From Alkalispirochaeta sp. (GTDB taxonomy: Bacteria > Spirochaetota > Spirochaetia > DSM-27196 > Alkalispirochaetaceae), in NCBI GenBank assembly GCA_965601925.1, contig OZ271854.1, positions 2,304,001 through 2,368,000 on the forward strand: a stretch of DNA of 64,000 nucleotides. The letters are read 5' to 3'. Below are positions 30,005 through 38,834 of the stretch, piece by piece. Within the stretch, counting starts at the first letter, position 1, and every line of letters begins with the position of its first letter. A program made the position numbers and the translations under genes. Under the pieces are notes generated by a model. That model was given only the letters and a program-made list of their open reading frames with translations. It had not been told where the DNA came from and searched no databases.

Positions 30005-31117
30005 ATGAATAGACATGTCATACGAGCGCTGCGTACCGGCGATGCGCCCGAAGCGGCCCGAATTTTACTCAACGCATTTGCGGCGGACTTTCCTCTTGCG
30101 TGGCCGACCTTGGACTCCGCTCGCCGCGAGGTGGATGAAGCGTTGGATCGGGAACGGCTCGCCCTCGGGGCGTGGACTCGCGACGATACGCTCGTCGGAT
30201 GGATCGGAGCGATCCCGCAATATCGTAAACAAGAAGTGACAACGGGCTGGGAACTCCACCCGTTTTGCGTCGATCCGTCGAGCCACGGGCGAGGAGTCGG
30301 CCGGATGCTCGTGCGCTCGTTGGAGAAAGAGCTACACCGCCGCGGGGCTACGGTGGTATACCTTGGTACCGACGACGAGTCGGGTAGGACGATCGCCGCC
30401 GATAGAGAGCTTCCAGACATTCCGCAGGTAATAACGGAGCTCGAACGGCGAACCGATTCGGGATCACGAGTCGATCATCCCTATGCGTTCTACCGGCGGT
30501 GCGGCTATCGGATCGTCGGTGTGATTCCCGACGCAAGCGGTATCGGTCGTCCCGACATCCTCATGGCTCATCGTCTGGTTGAGCACCCCGCGGTTGCCCA
30601 CACAGATCGAGCGGCGCCTACCGAGGCGCCGGACTCACGGATCGATGGTATCGATCGGAGCGATGGTATCGATCGGATCGAAGCTATCGATCCGGCGGAG
30701 GCTCCGTTGGATCTTCTGATGGAAGCCGATCCGTCGGAGGAACGTATACGGTCGAATCTGAAGGATGCTCGCTGCTACGCCGTCCGTATCGCCGACTCGA
30801 TTGCGGCGATATGCGTCGTTGTGGACCTCTCCGGCGACCGCGCGGAGCTCGTCAACATCGCCGTACGTCCCACGCTGCGGGGTCGCGGTCTCGGTTCGCG
30901 TCTGCTCGATGCCGCGATCGATCGTACCCGCGAGCGTGGGATGGCTCACATGGAAGTGGGCACCGGCACGTTCGGCTACCAGCTTGCCTTCTACCAGCGC
31001 CGCGGATTTCGTGTGGCGTCGATCGTGCACGATTTTTTTCTCGATAATTATCATGAACCGGTCTTTGAGGCGGGGTTGCGCCACGTGGACATGATACGCT
31101 TGAGCCTGTCGTTGTGA
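30005..31117 (+). CDS. Tandem double-GNAT acetyltransferase; N-terminal domain AAC(6')-I-like
   Basis: Domain 1: WELHP, YLGTDDE, FYRRCGY, PDILMA. Domain 2: LMEADPS, RGRGLG, AFYQRRGF. Confidence 0.85.
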   Translation: MNRHVIRALRTGDAPEAARILLNAFAADFPLAWPTLDSARREVDEALDRERLALGAWTRDDTLVGWIGAIPQYRKQEVTTGWELHPFCVDPSSHGRGVGRMLVRSLEKELHRRGATVVYLGTDDESGRTIAADRELPDIPQVITELERRTDSGSRVDHPYAFYRRCGYRIVGVIPDASGIGRPDILMAHRLVEHPAVAHTDRAAPTEAPDSRIDGIDRSDGIDRIEAIDPAEAPLDLLMEADPSEERIRSNLKDARCYAVRIADSIAAICVVVDLSGDRAELVNIAVRPTLRGRGLGSRLLDAAIDRTRERGMAHMEVGTGTFGYQLAFYQRRGFRVASIVHDFFLDNYHEPVFEAGLRHVDMIRLSLSL

Positions 31118-31172
31118 TGCGGTTTGAGCAACGGCACGTGATCCGGTATTATGACGACGAGAGGTATATCGC

Positions 31173-32249
31173 ATGATCACACTCCGTCCCGACTCCCGAT
31201 ACGCCCTCGTCGTACCGACAAGTATGGGAGTGCGCATTACGCCCGTGGCGGGCCAGCCGGCGTACGCGTCCACAACCTTTGAGATGCACGCCACGAGCGC
31301 CGAAACGAATGCTGCCAGCGTCGTCTCGTATTTGGGATTGCCGGTTAAGATTCTGACCGCTTTCGTAAAAGATAGCCCGATTGCCCGGCTGATCAAGGAC
31401 AATCTCGCCTCACGCCACATCGAGTACGAGGGGCCGGAGCGCGATCAAGGCGGCCCGTGGGGTTACCGTCACCAGTTTAACATCGCCGACAGCGGTTTCG
31501 GCTCCCGGGGTCCACGCGTCCACAATGACCGTGCCGGTGAGGTCGGACGCACCCTCACCGTCGAAGATTTCGATTTACAGCGACTCTTCGACGACGACGG
31601 TGTGCAGATTCTCCACGTGTCGGGACTTTTTGCCGCGCTATCGGAACAGACGGGGCGGTTCTCCCTGGAGCTCGCCCGGGCGGCCAAGCGGTACGGGACA
31701 CGCATATCGTTCGATCTCAACTATCGCTCGTCGTTCTGGCGAAATCGGGAGAGAGAATTGCGCGAGATATTCCACGAGATCGCCGGGATTTCGGATGTTC
31801 TCGTCGGTAACGAGGAGGACTTTCAGCTGTGCCTAGGACTCCAGGGCCCTGAGGCGGGCGGGAAAGCGATAGCCGACAAAATCGACAGCTTTCAGTCCAT
31901 GATCGCCGAAGTACGGCGAAGCTATCCGCAGGTTGCGGCGTGCGCAACGACGCTCCGCGAGGTCATAAACACGAATCGTCATCTATGGGGTGCCGTGCTC
32001 TCCTACATGGACGATTGGCATGTCGTTGAGCCGCGTGAGATAGCTGTGCTCGATCGAATCGGCGGAGGCGACGGATTTGTCGGCGGTATGCTGTACGCCC
32101 TTTTGCGCGGTTGGGATCCGGAACGGTGGATTCAGTTCGGATGGGCCTCCGGTGCGCTCGCGGCGACGTTCCTCACCGACTACGGCCAGCCGGCCGACGA
32201 GGATCAAGTCTGGGCTATCTGGAAGGGCAACGCCCGCGTTCAGCGATAG
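31173..32249 (+). CDS. PfkB-family sugar kinase (KDG-kinase-like)
   Basis: SFDLNYR, GNEED and DRIGGGDGF. Confidence 0.88.
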   Translation: MITLRPDSRYALVVPTSMGVRITPVAGQPAYASTTFEMHATSAETNAASVVSYLGLPVKILTAFVKDSPIARLIKDNLASRHIEYEGPERDQGGPWGYRHQFNIADSGFGSRGPRVHNDRAGEVGRTLTVEDFDLQRLFDDDGVQILHVSGLFAALSEQTGRFSLELARAAKRYGTRISFDLNYRSSFWRNRERELREIFHEIAGISDVLVGNEEDFQLCLGLQGPEAGGKAIADKIDSFQSMIAEVRRSYPQVAACATTLREVINTNRHLWGAVLSYMDDWHVVEPREIAVLDRIGGGDGFVGGMLYALLRGWDPERWIQFGWASGALAATFLTDYGQPADEDQVWAIWKGNARVQR

Positions 32250-32399
32250 CGAAGCGATCAGCCTCGGCGCGCTCCAGTCCGGTTTGCCGCGCGGAGCGGC
32301 GCCGTATCATGTGGCGTGCGGGAGCCGGTAGGATAGCGATACGGGGCCGACTCGCCGAACGGGCGAGTCGACGCGAAACCGCTACACGGCGGGAGTGGT

Positions 32400-33296
32400 T
32401 CAGCGGGCGTTCTTCGCTCTTTTACGACCCTCTTCCACGAGCCAGTCGTTTTTGGCGCGCGCTACGTCGCCGAATCGGGTGAGCTCCGCCTTCGCTTTGA
32501 GCGCCATCTTCTCTTCGTAGGTCGCCTCGTCCACGAACGCGACGATTCTCGCGATCGAAGACTCACCGTCCACGAATCTCCATGGAAAACAGCCGATCGT
32601 GACGCGTTCGTTGAGCAACAGATCGATATCGCCTCCGAGGCACTCGGCGTGCACGATGCCGTGTGGAAACATCTCGATGTGCATGAGCTGGTACTTGTCG
32701 TCGGTGAAGACGTCGGTGAGCCCTTTGCCGTATTTCTTGCGAAAGTGTGCGTCGCATTCCCCCGCCTGTCGCGGCATCCAATCGCGGATTTTCGTATTCA
32801 TCGGGTGGTCGGCGCTCCCGCAGTCGACACCGATCCAGCGCAGTTTTTTCTCCTTCGCCCACTCGGCAAACGCGCGATCGGGACCGGGGTGCTTAACCAT
32901 GTAGGTTACCTCGTCGGCACTCGGCTGATCCCAGCCGTACCGATGGTAGCCGGTGGAGATGATGAGAATATCACCCTCCTTGACATCGACGCGTTCCTCC
33001 ACCATTTCCGGCGTATAGATATCGTATTCGCCCGCCGCATCGGATAGATCGACGATGACCCCCTCGTGAACCAGGAAGTCCATATCGAGATTCGCGATGT
33101 CCTTACCGGGCGTATAAAAGTGAATCTCGCCGTCGAGATGCGTTCCGACGTGGTTGGAGTGAGTTACGAGCTGACCGTTTGCACCGTTGGGAGCGAGACG
33201 CTTGAAGTATTTGACCTGTAACGGCTCGTAGGTCGGCCATGCGGGCGTGCCGATGCCGAGGGGAATGCTGAGATCAATGATCCTCATGTTGTTCAT
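32400..33296 (-). CDS. Cyclase-family metal-dependent amidohydrolase (kynurenine formamidase/isatin hydrolase fold)
   Basis: IIDLS, NHVGTHLD, GVDCGSAD and HAECL. Start at ATG 33296 after AAGGAG. Confidence 0.88.
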   Translation of the reverse strand: MNNMRIIDLSIPLGIGTPAWPTYEPLQVKYFKRLAPNGANGQLVTHSNHVGTHLDGEIHFYTPGKDIANLDMDFLVHEGVIVDLSDAAGEYDIYTPEMVEERVDVKEGDILIISTGYHRYGWDQPSADEVTYMVKHPGPDRAFAEWAKEKKLRWIGVDCGSADHPMNTKIRDWMPRQAGECDAHFRKKYGKGLTDVFTDDKYQLMHIEMFPHGIVHAECLGGDIDLLLNERVTIGCFPWRFVDGESSIARIVAFVDEATYEEKMALKAKAELTRFGDVARAKNDWLVEEGRKRAKNAR

Positions 33297-33434
33297 CCGA
33301 GTTCTCCTTGTAGCGAGTGTATCAACGTAAATATGCGCGTCATTGTATACCGAAACGGTCTGAACGTGCAGTTTCTCAGGTGCTAAGTTCGGTGCTGAAT
33401 CTCGCCGATATACGAGGGAAGACAGGAGGATACG

Positions 33435-33650
33435 ATGAAACAGTACAGTATTAAGGCGACTACCGGATGTTGTGCTACCCTCGATGTGCTCTGTGAAGTG
33501 CCCGATGGATACTTCGTGCGCGTCACCCACGCCTTCGACGGGTACGAGGAGGTCAAAGAGAGCGTTATGAGTCGAGAGCTTTTTGAGCTATGCCTCAGAA
33601 CGCATTTCATTCGTGAGCGCAATGAGGAGGTCGTCGAGCGGGTGGCGTAG
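33435..33650 (+). CDS. Small hypothetical protein (71 aa)
   Basis: Strong AGGAGG RBS; divergent from the cyclase gene. Confidence 0.65.
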   Translation: MKQYSIKATTGCCATLDVLCEVPDGYFVRVTHAFDGYEEVKESVMSRELFELCLRTHFIRERNEEVVERVA

Positions 33651-33783
33651 TAGGCACAGATAGCTACTATAATTATTTGATTTTCATTCTTATTTAAAAA
33701 ATGATTCTATAATATTGCATCATGTTCCACCCTGTGTAAAAAAATCATTAGGATTTTCCAGCGTTTTATCTTATCCTTTCCCC

Positions 33784-34017
33784 ATGAAAGAAATTGCCCG
33801 TCATACGGCAGGCCGGATTTATTTGGTGCTGCTCTTGCTGTCGGTCGTCGGGTTCATCGTCTTCTTGGCGATGGGCGGAACGGATGTCGCCGAGAATGGT
33901 GAGCCGATCGTGCTATTCGGTTGGATGACGATGCCGCTGGTCTCGGGAGTCGCCTTCGTTGCATTCTGGCTCATAACCTACATCGTCTACTACTTCTTCT
34001 TTTGGCCGTACCGATAG
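33784..34017 (+). CDS. Small 2-TM protein, likely accessory subunit of the Na+/solute symporter
   Basis: 77 aa with two hydrophobic helices, directly upstream of the SSS gene, an arrangement common for this transporter family. Confidence 0.7.
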   Translation: MKEIARHTAGRIYLVLLLLSVVGFIVFLAMGGTDVAENGEPIVLFGWMTMPLVSGVAFVAFWLITYIVYYFFFWPYR

Positions 34018-34025
34018 GAGGGCAC

Positions 34026-35570
34026 ATGGTATTTTCCATCTCGGCATTGAGCCTGTTCGGCATCGTGATCGTTCTTATGGCCGCATACGGCTATCGCATA
34101 TCGGCCAAGACCGCAGAGGACTATATGCTCGGCGGGCGAACGATCGGCGTCGTGGTGATGTTTTTCTTCGTTCTCTTTGCGATTTCTTCCGCATGGACGT
34201 TTTACGGGTTTCCCGGTCTCCTCTATACCCAAGGTCCCGGATACGTGATGTTCATTTGGGGCAGTGTCGCCGGTTTTGCCGGCCTCTACATGTTCTTGGG
34301 ACCACGTTTGTGGGCGTTGGCCAAGATCAATCGATTTCTCAGCCCGGTCGAGGTGCTTGCGGAGCGATACCGGTCGCCGATGCTACGCCTCATTTTGAGC
34401 TTAAGTATTCTCGCCTTTATCGTCCCCTATGTTGGAATCCAGCCCTTGGGAGTCGGCGCCGGATTTGAGGCGCTTACGGGGTTGCCCGCCTTTTGGGGAG
34501 CGTTGTATACGACGGTCATCCTCGTCGTCCTGGTTCTGCTGGGTGGGATGCGCATCGTCGCATGGGTCAACATTTTTCTCGGTGTCGTGTATATGACCGC
34601 CCTGTTGGGGAGTTTGTTGTGGGGCGTGCAAGTGCTCTTTCCCGACGGCGGGTTGACTCAGGCTGTGGCTACCTTGGCCGAGACGCGACCGGCGATGCTC
34701 TCAACCCCGGGACCGACGGGCGACTACACGCCCGTAGTGTTGGGAGGTACCTTCGTCGTCGGTATTCTCGCGTTCAGCTGGCCGCACGTGGCGATCGGTT
34801 GCATGACCGCGCGTGACAAGTCGCTCTTCAAGTGGTTTCCGATGCTGATTTTCATCTTCGGAGGGCTCTTTTTCTACATCATTCCCTTTATCTGGGGGTC
34901 GATCGTCGCTCCTGCCGCTTTACCGCTTCAGGAACTGGAGGCGCTTGCCGTCCAAAACGGCGTGGAACTCCAGACCGAGGCCGATAGAGTCGTACAGACG
35001 ATCATTTCACGGAGCTTACCCGAATGGTTCGGCGTCTTCGTTCTGCTCGGCGTCATTGCCGCTGCGGTAAGCACCGCGGCGGTGCAGCTCATGACCTCGA
35101 GCGTCATCGTAAGTCGTGACGTGATTCAAGGACTCTTTTTGCCCGATGCTCGAGACGAGCAAATCACCCGTTGGGCGCGTTTGGCGGTCGTTGCGATCGT
35201 TGTGCTCAGTCTGATCGTAAGCTTTCTCTACCGCGGCGCTATGGCGCTTTATCTGACCGACGTAAGTGTTCCGGGATTCGCGCAGTGGGCTCCCGCGCTG
35301 GTAGGCGGGCTCTTGTGGAAGCGCGGCACCAAACAGGGGGCGGTGGCCGGTACCCTTGCCGGCGTCATCTACCTCGTAGCGAGTCTTCTCGTCGTCGTCG
35401 GCGGAGAGCGGATTCTGGTAGTCGGCCACCCGGTGATCGCGAGCCTTTTGGTGAATACCCTCGTGTATATCATCGTGAGTTTCGCGACACCTCGTCCGGA
35501 CGAGGAGATCGAGACCGTATTCTTCGACGAGGTCGACGCGTATCTCGCCGCCGAGTCGGGATCGCGCTGA
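34026..35570 (+). CDS. Sodium:solute symporter (SSS) family transporter
   Basis: EDYMLGGR, SAWTFYGFPG, GGMR and AAAVSTA; about 13 TM; GGAGG RBS. Confidence 0.92.
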   Translation: MVFSISALSLFGIVIVLMAAYGYRISAKTAEDYMLGGRTIGVVVMFFFVLFAISSAWTFYGFPGLLYTQGPGYVMFIWGSVAGFAGLYMFLGPRLWALAKINRFLSPVEVLAERYRSPMLRLILSLSILAFIVPYVGIQPLGVGAGFEALTGLPAFWGALYTTVILVVLVLLGGMRIVAWVNIFLGVVYMTALLGSLLWGVQVLFPDGGLTQAVATLAETRPAMLSTPGPTGDYTPVVLGGTFVVGILAFSWPHVAIGCMTARDKSLFKWFPMLIFIFGGLFFYIIPFIWGSIVAPAALPLQELEALAVQNGVELQTEADRVVQTIISRSLPEWFGVFVLLGVIAAAVSTAAVQLMTSSVIVSRDVIQGLFLPDARDEQITRWARLAVVAIVVLSLIVSFLYRGAMALYLTDVSVPGFAQWAPALVGGLLWKRGTKQGAVAGTLAGVIYLVASLLVVVGGERILVVGHPVIASLLVNTLVYIIVSFATPRPDEEIETVFFDEVDAYLAAESGSR

Positions 35571-35584
35571 GACGGAGCGTCGGT

Positions 35585-37135
35585 ATGCCTTTCGGCAGGA
35601 AGAACAAGAAGGCCGGCGTAGCGGCCGAAAGGAGCACGGATCGCCCGTTAGCGAACCGGAATGAGAGGGCGTGGCGTCTCATCTATAATCCCGAGGGCGA
35701 TCCGGCCGATGTAGTCGCCTACGGCGCGGCGGTAGCGGAAGGGCGTATCGCGGGCAAGTATCAACTGAGCAATATCAAGGTTCCCAACACGGTGATCGTG
35801 CAGCGCAGCCGCGTCCCCGGCATCATCGTCGGAGCCGATGTACGCATCGATCGCGCGAACGCGTCACGAGAAGGTATCGAGATCGCGCGCACCCAACGTC
35901 AGGGACGAAACGCCGCCAAAACCGTCGGTACGGTGAGTCTGAGCGAGCTCATGGCGCATTCGTCACGAACTTTCGAGGCGGTCCCGATCGAACCCGACGA
36001 TCCGGCGGTGCTCATTTATACCTCCGGTACGACCGGCAACCCCAAAGGCGTGACACTGACTCACCGCAACTTCCATTTTCAGCTCAATACGATTGTTCGG
36101 TCTCTCGTTTCGTTTACTCAAGACGACCGTGTCATCGGAGTCCTGCCGATGTACCACGTCTTCGGATTGGCCAACTCGCTGGTAGCGGCGATCAATTTCG
36201 GAGCGTGTATCGTTCTCGTTCCCCAGTACAGTCCCGCGGCGCTCCTCGCGGCAATCGCCGATAACAACGCGACGATCATGCCGGCGGTCCCGACGATGTA
36301 CCAGCATCTATTGGCCGTCGCGCGGGCGAGAAAGATCGACATTCCTAAGAGTCTTCGTTTTTGCATATCCGGGGGCGCCGCCCTGCCGGTTACCGTGCTG
36401 CGCAGGTTCATGGACTCATTTGAGACGCAGCTCCTCGAAGGATACGGTCTGACCGAAACGACCTCAAGCGTCTGCGCCAACGGCCAGGGAGGCGTGTTTA
36501 AAGAGGGTAGTATCGGGCCGGCTGCAGACGGGGCCGAGATGAGAATCGTCGACGAGGACGGGAGCGAACTCCCCGACGGCGAGGTCGGTGAGATCGTCAT
36601 TCGTAGCACCACCGTTTTCGCCGGTTACTGGGGCAACCCTCAGGCCACGGACGAAGTGATGAGTGACGACGGATGGTTTCATACCGGCGATTTGGCGTAT
36701 CGCGATGAAGACGGTTTTTTCTTCATAACGGATCGAAAAAAGGACATCATCATTACGCGCGGCTATAACGTGAGCCCCCGAGAGGTCGAGGAGGTTCTCA
36801 TGAGCCATCCTATGATTGCCGACGCTGCGGTGGTCGGATTGCCCGGGCGCAAAGATGACGGCGAGTCTATCGTCGCCTTTGTCGTTACCCACGAGGGCGA
36901 GGTAATGGAAGAGAGCGATGTCGCCGCATTTTGTGACGCCGAGTTGGCACCCTACAAACGTCCGAGAACGATCAATATCGTCACCGCTCTCCCCAAGAGC
37001 GCGACCGGCAAGGTGTTGCGAACGCACCTTCGGGGGGAAGCGGATGATCGACGACTGGTGCAACGCGACGACGCCGAGCCTACCGAGCCCACGCAATCGC
37101 GCCGGGCGGCGGCACCCAATGCGGAGGAGGAGTAG
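35585..37135 (+). CDS. Chimera: lipoate-ligase-like N-terminal fragment + core and C-terminus of an acyl-CoA ligase (ANL family)
   Basis: YTSGTTGNPKG, EGYGLTET, WFHTGD, DRKKD and PKSATGK are intact. The first ~105 aa are not ANL-like (WRLI...PNTVIV...GIEIAR). Confidence 0.85.
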   Translation: MPFGRKNKKAGVAAERSTDRPLANRNERAWRLIYNPEGDPADVVAYGAAVAEGRIAGKYQLSNIKVPNTVIVQRSRVPGIIVGADVRIDRANASREGIEIARTQRQGRNAAKTVGTVSLSELMAHSSRTFEAVPIEPDDPAVLIYTSGTTGNPKGVTLTHRNFHFQLNTIVRSLVSFTQDDRVIGVLPMYHVFGLANSLVAAINFGACIVLVPQYSPAALLAAIADNNATIMPAVPTMYQHLLAVARARKIDIPKSLRFCISGGAALPVTVLRRFMDSFETQLLEGYGLTETTSSVCANGQGGVFKEGSIGPAADGAEMRIVDEDGSELPDGEVGEIVIRSTTVFAGYWGNPQATDEVMSDDGWFHTGDLAYRDEDGFFFITDRKKDIIITRGYNVSPREVEEVLMSHPMIADAAVVGLPGRKDDGESIVAFVVTHEGEVMEESDVAAFCDAELAPYKRPRTINIVTALPKSATGKVLRTHLRGEADDRRLVQRDDAEPTEPTQSRRAAAPNAEEE

Positions 37136-37141
37136 CGACCG

Positions 37142-38071
37142 ATGGCGCTCTTTAAGAAGACTGTTGATATCGACGTACCGATCGGCCTCGGGCACGCGTT
37201 GGAGGCCGTAGTCGCCGCCAGAAAAAAGGGCGAGGCGATCCGCATGGAGGGGCGCGTCTGGACGTATCAAGAGTTGGATGAGCACTCGAGTCGCGTCGCC
37301 GGCGGTCTCGCGTCTCTCGGGATCGGTCGCGGCGATCGCGTTGCGATGATGCTCCCCAACATTCCGGAGTTCGTGTTTACCTTTTTCGGCGTCCAGAAGC
37401 TGGGAGCAGTAGCGGTGCCGTTCAATACAATGTACAAGGGACGGGAGATCAGCTTCATTCTCAAAGACTCGGGCGCGAAGGCGATCGTGTGTCTTTCGAG
37501 CTTCGCCAATCTCATTAACGAGATCAAGAGCGACTGCCCGGATCTCGAGCACGTCGTTGTGACCGGGCAACGCACCCTCGTATTCGTCGACCCCGACGCC
37601 ACGGTCAACATTCAGATGGTCGTTGAGGCGACGACCTTCGATTCCGCCGATGATGCGTTTCGCACCATGGGGGAGGTTTTGGTCGAGACCTACCACTCCC
37701 TCGGCGTCGAGGACGTCTGGTACAAGCATCAAGGCGCAATCCGTTCGCGCGGTAAAAAACTCGCCGTAATGCTGCTGCGTGAGATCGAAGGGCTTTACAT
37801 CTTCAACATAGTAACGTACCTGCGCCAGATGAGTACCGACTCGCTCTTCAAGGTGATCTACGTACCGCCGGAGATCAAAGAACGCGCTCTGGAACCGATG
37901 ACCAGCATCGAGGAACAGACCGGTACCGCGCCCGGTTTGGACACTTTTCGCGATACGTTATCAGCGGCTCTTGAAAAACGGCTCGCTGTGAACTTGGAAC
38001 CGGGGCAGCTGACTCGCGATGAGATTTTGGCGTATGAGAAAAATCGTGCTTTGGCGGCGCGGAGTGTTTGA
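37142..38071 (+). CDS. Chimera: N-terminal ~140 aa of an acyl-CoA ligase + C-terminal half of a lipoate-ligase-like fold
   Basis: TYQELD, GDRVAMMLPN and GAVAVPFN, followed by RGKKLA, VIYVPPE, MTSIEE and LEPGQLTRDE. Confidence 0.8.
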   Translation: MALFKKTVDIDVPIGLGHALEAVVAARKKGEAIRMEGRVWTYQELDEHSSRVAGGLASLGIGRGDRVAMMLPNIPEFVFTFFGVQKLGAVAVPFNTMYKGREISFILKDSGAKAIVCLSSFANLINEIKSDCPDLEHVVVTGQRTLVFVDPDATVNIQMVVEATTFDSADDAFRTMGEVLVETYHSLGVEDVWYKHQGAIRSRGKKLAVMLLREIEGLYIFNIVTYLRQMSTDSLFKVIYVPPEIKERALEPMTSIEEQTGTAPGLDTFRDTLSAALEKRLAVNLEPGQLTRDEILAYEKNRALAARSV

Positions 38072-38096
38072 CCGATCGCTCGACGGTTAGCACCGT

Positions 38097-38735
38097 CTAT
38101 CGCGCTACGGCCTCGAAGTTGGCAAGGTCCATGGTGTCGTCGGACATTTGCATGGCGTGCATACCGCGTTCGGTAATGCGCGCTACCGTGTCGGGTTCCA
38201 GATAGAGCGAGCTCATGATCGGTACGACGTCACGGCCGCCGTACTCAGGAAAGTAGTCTAAAACTTCGAGATATGTGTCGGCAAACGAGTCGATGTACTC
38301 GCGACGCATCGTCGCTTTCGTTTCGTTGACGTAGAGCGTGCCGGCCGTTACGGCGATCACATCGAACTCGCGCCGTTTGCCCGGAGTGTTCGGATGTCGC
38401 CGGCGGGGGCGCACCATGAGGAGGTCGAGGTCCTCCTCCGCCACGTTGAAGTAACGACCGAGCACGCCCGGGACGTTGGGGGCTACGATGTCCTCCACGA
38501 TGGTCCCTAAACGATTCGCGAGGTCTCCCCACCGGCGATTAAGAGATCTCCTATCGGCGCGCATTTCATCTTTGAAGGTGTGCATCTCTTCCTTAAATGT
38601 GCGCATTTCCTCCTTGAACTCCTTCATCTCGTGAGAGAGGAGCTCGATCGACCGCTCGGTACGCAATTGGGCGTACGCGAGCTCTTTTAACGCCCATTCG
38701 ATCTCGGAGACGCGGGGTTCCAGCGCCGACGACAT
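38097..38735 (-). CDS. Coiled-coil heptad-repeat protein with PD-(D/E)XK-like C-terminal domain (DUF3782-like)
   Basis: EMKEFKEEMRTFKEEMHTFKDEM repeats, WGDLANRLGTIVED and EFDVIA...NETK; RBS GGAGG. Confidence 0.7.
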   Translation of the reverse strand: MSSALEPRVSEIEWALKELAYAQLRTERSIELLSHEMKEFKEEMRTFKEEMHTFKDEMRADRRSLNRRWGDLANRLGTIVEDIVAPNVPGVLGRYFNVAEEDLDLLMVRPRRRHPNTPGKRREFDVIAVTAGTLYVNETKATMRREYIDSFADTYLEVLDYFPEYGGRDVVPIMSSLYLEPDTVARITERGMHAMQMSDDTMDLANFEAVAR

Positions 38736-38834
38736 GTCTTCCCTCCGCCTAGTGGCCACGGTATACAGTGTATAGCACCGCAAAGCGGAACGTCACGCTT
38801 TTTGTGTACCGGCGATACGTGTCGCGTCCGTGTA

